Virus record (IMG/VR): IMGVR_UViG_3300023053_000001
Coordinates: 192,001 to 256,000 of that record
DNA length: 64,000 nucleotides
DNA from: a virus
Lineage: Duplodnaviria; Caudoviricetes
Reading direction: 5' to 3' (one strand)
Shown: positions 36,494 to 45,698 of the stretch, piece after piece
Layout of the letters: every line of letters begins with the position of its first letter
Numbering within the stretch: position 1 is the stretch's first letter
Program-made: the position numbers and the translations under genes
Notes under the pieces: model-generated
Databases searched by the model: none
What the model was told of the DNA's origin: nothing
Seen by the model: the letters and a program-made list of their open reading frames with translations, nothing else

Positions 36494-36904
36494 ATGTCGG
36501 ACTATCGCTGGCGAGTCAGTGAATTGATGGTCCTGATCTGGAACGTATTGGAGCACCATCCCTATTCCCACGAATTCGGCGTACATGCAGTCTACGTACT
36601 GCAAGCGGCCGTAGAGCAATTCGGGGTAGAGTTCACCAAGCCGGTGAACCGCACACCTGAAGATTACCTGATGCGGATACCTGGAATGGACCCCGCTGCG
36701 GCAGCACGTGTACAGGGCGATCTGATGACCGCCTTGCGCATTACCCTGCCGTGGACGGAAGGACCACCATTGGACGAGGAACGTCTGGTGGGTACGATCA
36801 GTGGACCGATCCTGTCTGTCATGGTCGCCGAACGTGAAAATCTATCGACCCTGGCAGATCAGAGTGACAGCTACATTCCCCGTCGCCATCGAGAACTTGT
36901 CTGA
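36494..36904 (+). CDS. hypothetical protein, array member 5
   Basis: 2-nt gap to the upstream gene; array membership inferred mainly from size and secondary-structure pattern. Confidence 0.7.
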   Translation: MSDYRWRVSELMVLIWNVLEHHPYSHEFGVHAVYVLQAAVEQFGVEFTKPVNRTPEDYLMRIPGMDPAAAARVQGDLMTALRITLPWTEGPPLDEERLVGTISGPILSVMVAERENLSTLADQSDSYIPRRHRELV

Positions 36905-36907
36905 TTC

Positions 36908-37390
36908 ATGAGACACTACGTCATTATCCCCTTACGAGAGTTGCCTGCGGCGTATCACCACCATGCCCGGGCGCTGCGTCGTTTGGGGATAGAGCCGCGA
37001 GGGCTGATCCGCTATGGCATCCTTTACGGAGCCAATCGGTATCTGTGGACAGCCCTCAATGATCCGCTCAATGACGTTTATCGTGAGGTCATCCGATCTC
37101 CCCACGTCATTGATGATCCTGAGTTGACCGCTGACATCAACGCGACCTTGGGCGGCACCTATCAGGAAATCTGCGGGTACCTCCAGCGTGACATCATGTC
37201 AACCCAAACCAACCTGCTGCGCCATGAGGTTCAGCAGCTGATGCACTCGTGCTTGGATCACATCCAACTCATTGATCAGTATGTACTCCCGTTCATCTTT
37301 TCGCTGACCGGGTCGTCGTCAACATTGCGCTACGAAAAAGCTATCAGCGATGACAGCATTCTAGTCAGCGTAGAGTCCCCTCTCATTTGA
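36908..37390 (+). CDS. hypothetical protein, array member 6
   Basis: YVIIPLRE..LRRLGIEPRGLIRYGI motif. Confidence 0.7.
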   Translation: MRHYVIIPLRELPAAYHHHARALRRLGIEPRGLIRYGILYGANRYLWTALNDPLNDVYREVIRSPHVIDDPELTADINATLGGTYQEICGYLQRDIMSTQTNLLRHEVQQLMHSCLDHIQLIDQYVLPFIFSLTGSSSTLRYEKAISDDSILVSVESPLI

Positions 37391-37400
37391 AGATACGAAC

Positions 37401-37775
37401 ATGCTGCTCATGGTCCCCATGCCGATTCCTCACGAGGAGTTGGCCAATCTCGAGAAAAACACGCTGGAGAAATACGGCATCTCCTTCGATGAATTGATGC
37501 GCACCGCGATCACCTCGTGGGAGTTCATGAGTAGCGATCGCTTGCCCACCATGGATGACGTGGTGTTGGTGAGTGTCGATGCTGAACTCTTCCACGAGTG
37601 GTACGAAGCATCCCGCCGTTTGACTGACATCACCCATCAGCTGGGACGAGCGATGTACCGCATGCTCGAACCGGGCTTGCAGGGAACGTTTGGTTCTGCC
37701 GATGAGATTGACATCCGTTACATCAAATCCGTACCCAACGGTATCCTGCTGGATATGCGTGGACGGGACGACTAG
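37401..37775 (+). CDS. hypothetical protein, array member 7
   Basis: LEKYGISFDELM motif; terminal hairpin YIKSVPNGILLDM. Confidence 0.7.
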   Translation: MLLMVPMPIPHEELANLEKNTLEKYGISFDELMRTAITSWEFMSSDRLPTMDDVVLVSVDAELFHEWYEASRRLTDITHQLGRAMYRMLEPGLQGTFGSADEIDIRYIKSVPNGILLDMRGRDD

Positions 37776-37783
37776 GAACCTCC

Positions 37784-38236
37784 ATGCACCGTTTCCCTCC
37801 CCACAGTCGCTACATCCGACTCATCCTGCCCACGCGGGATGCGTTTGAGGAGTACGCCACTGTTGAGCACCTGCTGGCGAAGATCAACATCACTCCCCGA
37901 CACCTTATCGAACAGGTGGTGTTGTACATTGCCCAGAGCAGTGGTCCGGAAGCCTCGCGGATCTTGGCGTTGCAATCGGCCAAGCTGTACGCACTGCCCT
38001 ATCAGGCAGTGACGACGCTGGTGTCTGACAACGTCTACAACTCGCGTGACTTCATGGCATTGGAGCAGCGCGACCAACACGACATCAGTATCGTCGTGGA
38101 GAACATTGTCTTCCGCTCATACCTCCACCTGACGCAGCTGTTCGAGATGTTCTCGATCACCGATGCGCAGCAGGAGATGATGAGCTTTTCCGGCTGGCAG
38201 GGATACGACCTCATCGTCGAGATCCCCAATACGTAG
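37784..38236 (+). CDS. hypothetical protein, array member 8
   Basis: AGGA RBS; LILPTRD..LAKINITPRHLI..WQGYDLIVEI. Confidence 0.7.
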   Translation: MHRFPPHSRYIRLILPTRDAFEEYATVEHLLAKINITPRHLIEQVVLYIAQSSGPEASRILALQSAKLYALPYQAVTTLVSDNVYNSRDFMALEQRDQHDISIVVENIVFRSYLHLTQLFEMFSITDAQQEMMSFSGWQGYDLIVEIPNT

Positions 38237-38246
38237 GAACTGTCCT

Positions 38247-38705
38247 ATGCAAAACGTCATTATCCCCACGCGGGATGTCATCGAACCCCATCTTCCGATG
38301 TGGTCGCAGATGCCGCCCGCGCTGGGGCTGGGACCGGTGATTACCACACTGGTCCAACTGATCTTCAACGGTAACAACGCAGGCGATCAATGTCGGGCGA
38401 ACTTCTACATTCCGGATGTCATGTACGTCTTCATCGAATTCCTGCTCACTCCGGACATGCGCAAGTTTTTGAACGACACCTATACCGACGAACAGGTTCA
38501 AGCATGGATCTCTACGTTGTTCACGATCGTTCCTGGCTTGGCCAATCAACTGGTAGCCCTGTGCCCGCCCATCGTTAATTCGGTGGTGGGTTCCTCCTAT
38601 GTCTCCAATGTGGGGTATGCGGAGATGCGGGGATTGGATGTGATGTTGTTTGTGGAAACCTTTGACATGGGAGCCAAGCATGACCAGCGATACGCTGCCG
38701 GGTAA
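38247..38705 (+). CDS. hypothetical protein, array member 9
   Basis: AGGA RBS; VIIPTRD...MRGLDVMLFV. Confidence 0.7.
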   Translation: MQNVIIPTRDVIEPHLPMWSQMPPALGLGPVITTLVQLIFNGNNAGDQCRANFYIPDVMYVFIEFLLTPDMRKFLNDTYTDEQVQAWISTLFTIVPGLANQLVALCPPIVNSVVGSSYVSNVGYAEMRGLDVMLFVETFDMGAKHDQRYAAG

Positions 38706-39057
38706 AATCCAGTTGGGATCAGGTGCTGCTATTGAGACCTACCTAACTGAGATGGTCCCGGCAAATTCGGGTTTTTATGACCTCGGTATGGTTGGACAGG
38801 CCGTAGTGAACCATCTGGCCGGTAGCTTCCAGCCCCACCCCAATCGGGTGGCTGGACTTCATCAGGAGCTGTATCGCTTCTTCGCACCTCACGATCACAT
38901 CTACGTCGATCGAGCACTGCGGTTACTGGTGGAGCAGTACGATGCTGATTTCTTGGCGTTGCGCCGAACCTTCCCGGCCGGCTGGGATCTGCAAGGCCGA
39001 TTCCGCTACTACTTCTTCAAATGGTCCGGGGACATCATGGTGATCGCGTTGCGCTAA
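38680..39057 (+). CDS. hypothetical protein, array member 10
   Basis: GGAG RBS before ATG 38680; terminal hairpin FFKWSGDIMVIAL. Confidence 0.65.
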   Translation: MTSDTLPGKIQLGSGAAIETYLTEMVPANSGFYDLGMVGQAVVNHLAGSFQPHPNRVAGLHQELYRFFAPHDHIYVDRALRLLVEQYDADFLALRRTFPAGWDLQGRFRYYFFKWSGDIMVIALR

Positions 39058-39095
39058 GCCTACTGATATGAAGCCTTTCATCATCAGGAATTGCC

Positions 39096-39512
39096 ATGAG
39101 CATCGTAGCACCTACCGATCTCCCGTTTGGCGCCGTAGTCAGCTTTGAGGTCTACCCGGCCCAGATGCTCGGCAACGAATTCAACAACGCCAAAGTCCTG
39201 GCCATCGTCGACGCCGACACGGCCAAGTTCTGGATCGACCCGGTCGCCCAGCACGCCAACGTCTATGCGACCCTGCCGCCGAACACGGTCCCGGACAAGT
39301 TCGACAGCTACCTCTACGTCAAGCTCAAGCTGGCCAGTGGCATGACCACTGCCGTGGGCCTGCCGTGGATTCGCAAGGAGAGCCTGAAGATTGCCACCAC
39401 CCGCAAGGTGCTCATCACCGTGGAGAACGTCTCCCCGGAAGATGATGGCAAGCTGCTCAAGGCACTGTCGTCCAACGGCTTCACAGCAGCAGCAATCCAA
39501 GACATTCAGTAA
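39096..39512 (+). CDS. conserved phiKZ gp49-like protein (SH3-like beta fold)
   Basis: VVSFEVYPAQMLG..HANVY..P..PD..YLYVKL..VGLPWI, recalled core family just upstream of the DNA polymerase. Confidence 0.7.
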   Translation: MSIVAPTDLPFGAVVSFEVYPAQMLGNEFNNAKVLAIVDADTAKFWIDPVAQHANVYATLPPNTVPDKFDSYLYVKLKLASGMTTAVGLPWIRKESLKIATTRKVLITVENVSPEDDGKLLKALSSNGFTAAAIQDIQ

Positions 39513-39617
39513 CCGGATACTATCGTATAGATCGCTTGCGGGCGATCGGACGGTAGCTGGACACTACCGTGGCTTGCGGTTACTCCCATTGTCTTTCTGT
39601 TGCTGTATCTGCATATT

Positions 39618-39653
39618 GGCGCCGGGTTACCCCGGCGCCTCTTTTATGCCGCC
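39618..39653 (+). terminator. hairpin plus U-tract plus TATGCCG
   Basis: GGCGCCGGG-TTAC-CCCGGCGCC-TCTTTTATGCCGCC. Confidence 0.75.
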
Positions 39654-39709
39654 TTTTATTTTTCGACTAGCTGGACCTATCCAATGAGCAATACTACCCG
39701 TGGGCTGAA

Positions 39710-42139
39710 ATGAAGCATTTCGTCAAAGAGCTGGACCACTACAAACGTGATTACGACCTGCTCGGCACGTACGTGGAAGACCAGGCCAGCCACATGCACC
39801 TGATGACCGGCCAGCCGCTGGAGGTCTGTCGTGACTTCGTCCGTAAGACCATCGGGCCGGGCGGTCGTCGTGAGTTGGTTATCCCCGTAGCGCATGTCTT
39901 GGTGCGCAACAAATTCGGCGATCGTGAACGCAAAGCCATTCCGTTTGATCGGCTCTTGGCTGACATTCGTGAAAAGCGCGAAATCCTGTCCCCGTCGCTG
40001 ACTGCCTATACCCATCCGGATGAACGGGTCTCGATTCTGGCAGAGTACATTCAAGGCAACTTGAAGAAGCGCAAGGAAGCCAAGCACGCCAAGTTCGTCG
40101 CTGAGATGAAGGGCGAAGCAGTGCTGGCAGCGATCTTTGAAGCGGCCCAGACCACGCTGAAGATCAAGAACAACTCCCTGTCCGGTGCGCAGTGCTCGCC
40201 GTACACGGTGCTGTGGAATAAGTCGGCGCACTCCACGCTGACTTCGACTTGCCGTACGGCCACCTCCTACGGTAATGCGAACAACGAGAAGTTCCTGATG
40301 GGTAACCGGCACTATTGGTCGCCGGAGATCACCAAGGCCAACATCATCTCGATCATCAACCACAGCGATTACGAGGCCATTGCCCGGACCATGCAGCGTC
40401 ATGGCCTGAAGGCACCGACGGTCGAACAGACCATGGCCTGCATCACCCGCTCCACCGAGTTCTACTGGCGCAGCCCCAAGGCGATGGAAGCCATCCAGGA
40501 ACTGGTGAGTAACCTCAGTGACCTGCAGCGCTCGGCATTTGTCTTCACCTCCGATCTGTACCACCTGGCGCAGGTCAATCCCGAGTTCGTTCGTGCCTTC
40601 TTCACTCGCATGTCCATCCGTTCCACGGAAAACCTGCTGGTGCCGGATGCGGACTTCTATGTCAACGAGCAGGATGACAACCTGCGTGCATTCGTCTCGA
40701 TGCTGTGCGCCCGCCAGTTGCGCGGTGGCAACATGCAAGAGGCGTTGGTGCGTGCACTGGTCTATCCCTTCGGTGTCCCTGAGCAGGTGCTCGACGATGC
40801 TGATCGGTACTACGATCTCAACGTTGCCGAGAAGATGTCCGGCTTCATCAGCATGCTGCGCGGTAAGCGTAAGGAAGAGGCTGTTGAGAAGCTGAAGAAG
40901 GAATGTCGCGAGCTGTGGAAGATCCTGTACTGGGAACGCCACGGTCTGGAAGAGGCCAAGGTCAAGAAGTATCGTGGGAACTTCCCGGTTTCCGACGGTA
41001 CTGAAGCCAACGACTATGCCATCATCGGCGCGATGACGCAGCAGGTGATGTACGCACTGGACGGCTATGAGGATTTGATCCAGAGTTTCTGGACCACGCC
41101 CAATCTGCCGGCTTCTGTGTACTACATGCCGTCCATCATCCGACGTACGGCGATCACCTCCGATACCGACTCCACGATCTTCACGGTGCAGTATTGGACC
41201 GAGTGGTACGTAGGCAAGCTGGACTTCACCGACACCTCCATTGCCGTGGCCAACACGGCGGTGTATCTGGCCGGTCAGCTGATCCGACACATCCTGGCCA
41301 CGTTCTCGGCCAACATGGGTGTGGCGCAGAAGGACCTGAACCGCCTGTCGATGAAGAACGAATACTACTTCCCGGTGTTCGTCCTGACAGCGCGTGCCAA
41401 GCACTACTTCGCCTACATCTCTGCGCAGGAAGGTAACGTCTTCAAGGAAATGAAGATGGAGATCAAGGGCGTGGGCTTGCGTAACTCCAATGTCCCGCCG
41501 CGCCTGACCAAGGCCTCGCACAAGCTGATGCGCCACCTGATGGACTCGGTGATGGCAGGTGAGGCGATCTCGATCAAGCAGGTGTTGCGTTACATCGCCA
41601 AGAAGGAAATCGAAATCCGCGATTCGGTATTTAGCGGTAAGTTCGACTACCTCAAGTCGATGAACATCAAGTTGCGTGAGTCCTATTCGGAAACGGCTAA
41701 GTCCACCAACTACGATCACTACTTGCTGTGGGAATCGGTGTTTGCTCCCAAGTACGGCTCTGCAGGTGCACCGCCGTACCGGGCCATCAAGATCCCGATG
41801 GAAACCGACTCCCCGGCCAAGATGAAGACGTGGCTGGATTCGATCAAGGACCGCTCCATCGCCAAGCGCATGGAGGAGTACCTGAAGTTGAAGGGCAAGA
41901 AGTCTGGCATGAAGCAGTTGATGTTGCCAGAGACCATCGTCGGCAGTATCGGTATCCCCGAAGAGATGTTGGGTGCGGTGAATATTCGCGGTACGATTGC
42001 ACAGGTCATGGAAGGGTTCTACATCATCCTCGAATGCCTGGGTTACTATCGTGCCAATGACTACAACACCAAGCTGGTCTCTGACGATGAATGGTTGCTC
42101 GATCCGGAATGGGAATTCGGCGAGTTGAACCTGGACTAA
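39710..42139 (+). CDS. split family-B DNA polymerase, phiKZ gp50-like subunit
   Basis: Motif B KIKNNSLSGA, motif C TSDTDSTIF, SMKNEYYF, EIKGVGLR; exonuclease and motif A absent, as in the phiKZ split enzyme. Confidence 0.9.
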   Translation: MKHFVKELDHYKRDYDLLGTYVEDQASHMHLMTGQPLEVCRDFVRKTIGPGGRRELVIPVAHVLVRNKFGDRERKAIPFDRLLADIREKREILSPSLTAYTHPDERVSILAEYIQGNLKKRKEAKHAKFVAEMKGEAVLAAIFEAAQTTLKIKNNSLSGAQCSPYTVLWNKSAHSTLTSTCRTATSYGNANNEKFLMGNRHYWSPEITKANIISIINHSDYEAIARTMQRHGLKAPTVEQTMACITRSTEFYWRSPKAMEAIQELVSNLSDLQRSAFVFTSDLYHLAQVNPEFVRAFFTRMSIRSTENLLVPDADFYVNEQDDNLRAFVSMLCARQLRGGNMQEALVRALVYPFGVPEQVLDDADRYYDLNVAEKMSGFISMLRGKRKEEAVEKLKKECRELWKILYWERHGLEEAKVKKYRGNFPVSDGTEANDYAIIGAMTQQVMYALDGYEDLIQSFWTTPNLPASVYYMPSIIRRTAITSDTDSTIFTVQYWTEWYVGKLDFTDTSIAVANTAVYLAGQLIRHILATFSANMGVAQKDLNRLSMKNEYYFPVFVLTARAKHYFAYISAQEGNVFKEMKMEIKGVGLRNSNVPPRLTKASHKLMRHLMDSVMAGEAISIKQVLRYIAKKEIEIRDSVFSGKFDYLKSMNIKLRESYSETAKSTNYDHYLLWESVFAPKYGSAGAPPYRAIKIPMETDSPAKMKTWLDSIKDRSIAKRMEEYLKLKGKKSGMKQLMLPETIVGSIGIPEEMLGAVNIRGTIAQVMEGFYIILECLGYYRANDYNTKLVSDDEWLLDPEWEFGELNLD

Positions 42140-42145
42140 AAGCAA

Positions 42146-42194
42146 GACGGCATATAACCCCCGCTCTCCAGCACGGAGAGCGGGGGCGCCTTTT
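42146..42194. terminator. bidirectional terminator with TATGCCGTC on the minus strand
   Basis: CCCCCGCTCTCC/GGAGAGCGGGGG stem between convergent genes. Confidence 0.75.
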
Positions 42195-43323
42195 ACAGGT
42201 ATGGCACGATCTGCTCGCGCAGGAACGTGATGGCGTGTGCGTACTGCGCCGGGTTGAGCGGGTTGGCCAGGTACTTACCGCCATCCAGGGTCACCAGGTA
42301 CGTACGCAGTTGAGTCAGGTACTGGCGATTGCGCTCGTTCTGCTGGGCTTGGTTCTGTTGCACCAGCCAGGCCACCATCTCCATACGGGCCAGCAGGACC
42401 GGCCACTGCATCTGATGGACGTAGCTCAGATCAGGCAGTCGCACGACCTCGTGGTAGTCCCGATGCCACACGGTAGGGAAGCTGGACAGCAGGGTATCAA
42501 AGTCCGGCTTCTTGGGCAGCATGTTGGCGATGAAGTTGGTCAGCACCTGATCGATGGCACCCGTCCAGTCCGGCAGGGCAAACGGATGGCTGTTGCGGAT
42601 ATTCGGCAACGGCTTTCCGTAATAGATCGCCATCATGCGATTGAACAGGGCCACCTCAACATGCGTATAAAGCATGTTGGGCAACGGCACCTCCATCAGG
42701 AACTGACCCATCGTCCGGGGCGACTCCTGACGTTCAATGATGGCTCGCTCGTGGCGCCATGCGCGGTACTGTGCGGCCAACATCGGGACATTGATGGAGA
42801 TGACGCTGTACCCGGTCAGGGACTGCGTCACGCGCCCGTCAGGCACGTTCAGGGCCAGATCCGTACAGGGATGGTGTAATACCCTGATGGGATCGTAGGA
42901 TCGCCAGTTCTGCTTGAAGTCCTGAATGTCGAACGTGTCTTCATTGGCGATGATGACTTCACCCACGCCGATGCGTTCCCCACGTCGACGGTAGAACACG
43001 CCTTCGGTGTGAACCTTGCCCACCGACAGGGGCGATGTCATCTTCAGTGCGGTGACTACACCGTGCATGGCATCGCCGACTTTGTCGACGTAAATTTCCA
43101 CCGGAAGGTGCAATGAAATGTTGAGACTCTGTAGCAGTCCAATCAACAAGTGTGAGTCCAGCAGGGCGCGTGTATTGCTCTGCCGGTAGGCGATGATTTT
43201 GTCGATGGACTGTCGCAGCCCGTCTCGCAGTCGGTTGAACTCTGGCGGGCGGTAGCCCCCAGCGGAGCTAACCGACCGTTCATGGAAGAGCTGATACATG
43301 TCCACCTCTGAAGGAATCGTCAT
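42193..43323 (-). CDS. conserved virion protein (phiKZ gp52-like)
   Basis: 376 aa on the opposite strand between DNA polymerase and chimallin, the conserved arrangement; start codon embedded in TATG. Confidence 0.65.
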   Translation of the reverse strand: MTIPSEVDMYQLFHERSVSSAGGYRPPEFNRLRDGLRQSIDKIIAYRQSNTRALLDSHLLIGLLQSLNISLHLPVEIYVDKVGDAMHGVVTALKMTSPLSVGKVHTEGVFYRRRGERIGVGEVIIANEDTFDIQDFKQNWRSYDPIRVLHHPCTDLALNVPDGRVTQSLTGYSVISINVPMLAAQYRAWRHERAIIERQESPRTMGQFLMEVPLPNMLYTHVEVALFNRMMAIYYGKPLPNIRNSHPFALPDWTGAIDQVLTNFIANMLPKKPDFDTLLSSFPTVWHRDYHEVVRLPDLSYVHQMQWPVLLARMEMVAWLVQQNQAQQNERNRQYLTQLRTYLVTLDGGKYLANPLNPAQYAHAITFLREQIVPYL

Positions 43324-43470
43324 ATAATCGCGAGTGAGATTGACAAGTGTAAAAAATAACTCGCGTATACATGGTATAGGACACAGTCCCGCTCACGGAA
43401 ACGTGAGTGCCCTGACTGGAGCTTCTGTATCTCTCACGCTCAGGACAGGTGGAATGAAAGATATTTCAAC

Positions 43471-43488
43471 CACTTATCATCCCTTTGT
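43471..43488 (+). promoter_or_regulatory. putative early-type promoter motif upstream of chimallin
   Basis: CACTTATCATCCCTTTGT, 16/18 identical to 53475-53492. Confidence 0.65.
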
Positions 43489-43569
43489 ACACTCACGGAA
43501 TAAATCCCGTCGGTGTCCATTGTGAACATAATCCTGCCGCTACTACAATAAGCATGAGGTAACCGCACC

Positions 43570-45546
43570 ATGATCCAGAAAGACAAAGACCAGAACGGCA
43601 CTCCGAAGGACGCTCCGCAGACCACCATGGGTCAGGCGTTCAAGGAAGCCGGGATGGCCAGCCCGCAAGCTGCCGCATCCACCCGTACCGAAGCCCCGGC
43701 GCAGTCGAATGTCGACACCGCCAGCCGCCCCATCCAGAACAACACCAAGAGCAACGCAATGGACATCAACACCATCTTCAAGCGCGACATCTCCCGCAGC
43801 GGCCTGAGCGGCGCGGCTACCCTGTACCAGGATGCCTTCAAGAAGCTGCTGGAAAAGCTGCCCGACGCGGCCAAGACCAACTACCAGATCTTCCTGGTCG
43901 ACGGCGTCGGCACCCACTTCTCCTCGATCGTGCTGGTCAAGGCCTACTCGCAGGGCGGCGTGCCCGTCGTGGCGGCCTACACCTACCAGATCGAAGCCAG
44001 CGCCGGCAAGCTGCCGCCGCGCCAGGTCTCCCACGCTGGCACCACCTTCTCCCTGCCGACCGCGCCGGGCGATGCCATCGACAACACCCTGTGGGAGCGC
44101 GTCGAGCAGTTCCTGCAGAACAGCTTCGGCCAGTCGGCCAAGATCTTCAACGCCGGCGCCCAGCCGATCTTCGCTGAAGTGCAGCCGACCGACGAACTGC
44201 GCATCGCGCTGCTGTTCCGCCAGGCCGTCGACGCCACCTCCACCACCATGGTGCAGCAGGGCGTGATCAAGGAACAGCCGCTGGACGTCAAGCTGCTGGT
44301 CTCGGGTGGTCAGCCGGTCACCGGCGTGGACAACAACCCGGCGCCGCTGTTCGACATCCAGGGCATGCCGATCCGTTCGGACTTCCGCATCGTCACCCGC
44401 AAGGCCGGCGAGCAGAACAGCAACACCACCCAGTGGAACCCGAACGACAACCGCAACAAGGACCTGGTCGCCACCGACCTGTACATCGATCTGGATTACA
44501 GCCCGGTCCAGCAGGCTGCCAATCCGTACGGTGCGCAGATCCCGGGCCAGTTCGGCTTCCAGCAGGCTCCGTCGTGGCGCTACGTGCCGCGTGCGGTCAT
44601 CACCAACATCGAGTCGCTGACCGATGCGTCGACCCCGGAACTGCTGGGCCTCGGCCTGGGCCAGGCGATCGTCATGTCCCGTCGCAACTACTGGCTGCAG
44701 GCCTTCGCTCCGCGCTGGCCGGCGACCGCCAAGAAGGGCGAGCCGAACCTGCGTGATGCCACGGCCATCGGTTTCGAGGTCAACCTGACCGGCGCCGAGA
44801 AGCCGACCCGCCTGCCGTACCCGAGCCAGCAGGAAACCAACGCGTACTACCAGATGCTGGCTGCCGCCATCTCGCCGAACCTGATGTACTCCATCGACAT
44901 CGACGAAGCCGGCGACAACACCTGGCTGACCCGTGACCTGTACCTGGCCGCGCACAACGATCCGGAAGCCAAGAAGCGCATCGTCACCGCCTTCAACAAC
45001 CTGACCGACGGCAAGTTCAGCGCGTTCTGGGACGGCACCCAGCCGATGGCCATCGACGAGAACAACCGCGTGCCGCTGGGTTACTGGACCCCGAGCACCG
45101 GCGTGAAGGCCGACATCCGTCAGCTGGACTACCTGGCCATGCTGAACATCGTCGGCGAAGGCGACATGAAGATCCTGCACGAGTGGTCGGCGACCTTCTG
45201 GGACGTCAACGTGCCGATGGAAGTGCGCCTGGAGCGTCGCGACCGTATCCAGCGTGAACTGCTGGCCGGTTACGTGCTGCGTGGCCACGCCCGTCGCCTG
45301 GTGCTGACCTCGGCCCTGCTGGGCGCCATCGTCAAGTCGCTGGAAGCCGCTGGCCTGCTGCTGCAGTCCAACGACACCCTGATCGACCTGACCGGCCAGA
45401 CCGTGCGTGGCAACTACACCACGGTCAACCAGGCGCTGGACTTCAACGCCATCGGCGGTGGCGGCCTGTTCGCTTCGGGCATGGGCCCGGCGCAGCAGTT
45501 CCGCGGCGCCGTCTCGGGCGTGGGCTTCGGTGGCCTGGGTCGCTAA
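43570..45546 (+). CDS. chmA: chimallin, major phage nuclear shell protein (phiKZ gp54-like)
   Basis: 658 aa, extreme codon bias, position between gp52-like and gp55-like genes, disordered N-terminus, Gly/Phe-rich C-terminal tail. Confidence 0.9.
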   Translation: MIQKDKDQNGTPKDAPQTTMGQAFKEAGMASPQAAASTRTEAPAQSNVDTASRPIQNNTKSNAMDINTIFKRDISRSGLSGAATLYQDAFKKLLEKLPDAAKTNYQIFLVDGVGTHFSSIVLVKAYSQGGVPVVAAYTYQIEASAGKLPPRQVSHAGTTFSLPTAPGDAIDNTLWERVEQFLQNSFGQSAKIFNAGAQPIFAEVQPTDELRIALLFRQAVDATSTTMVQQGVIKEQPLDVKLLVSGGQPVTGVDNNPAPLFDIQGMPIRSDFRIVTRKAGEQNSNTTQWNPNDNRNKDLVATDLYIDLDYSPVQQAANPYGAQIPGQFGFQQAPSWRYVPRAVITNIESLTDASTPELLGLGLGQAIVMSRRNYWLQAFAPRWPATAKKGEPNLRDATAIGFEVNLTGAEKPTRLPYPSQQETNAYYQMLAAAISPNLMYSIDIDEAGDNTWLTRDLYLAAHNDPEAKKRIVTAFNNLTDGKFSAFWDGTQPMAIDENNRVPLGYWTPSTGVKADIRQLDYLAMLNIVGEGDMKILHEWSATFWDVNVPMEVRLERRDRIQRELLAGYVLRGHARRLVLTSALLGAIVKSLEAAGLLLQSNDTLIDLTGQTVRGNYTTVNQALDFNAIGGGGLFASGMGPAQQFRGAVSGVGFGGLGR

Positions 45547-45574
45547 GCGGTAACAGCTGTGTAGTAGCAGCGGT

Positions 45575-45615
45575 GAATGGGGGCCCTTCGGGGCCCCCAT
45601 TCTTTTTTTGCCGTC
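45575..45615 (+). terminator. intrinsic terminator with TTTGCCGTC
   Basis: GAATGGGGGCCC-TTCG-GGGCCCCCATTC-TTTTTTTGCCGTC. Confidence 0.85.
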
Positions 45616-45698
45616 CAGTGAGTGTAAATAACTAGAGGACAACGAAATCCGATGTACTATAGTGCCTCTACAATCTGTCTGCGGGAGTAATGCCACTC

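Noticed and set aside
43340-43372. Host sigma70 promoter (TTGACA at 43340)
   Set aside because: No acceptable -10 hexamer at 16-18 nt spacing; the same holds for TTGACA at 20125.
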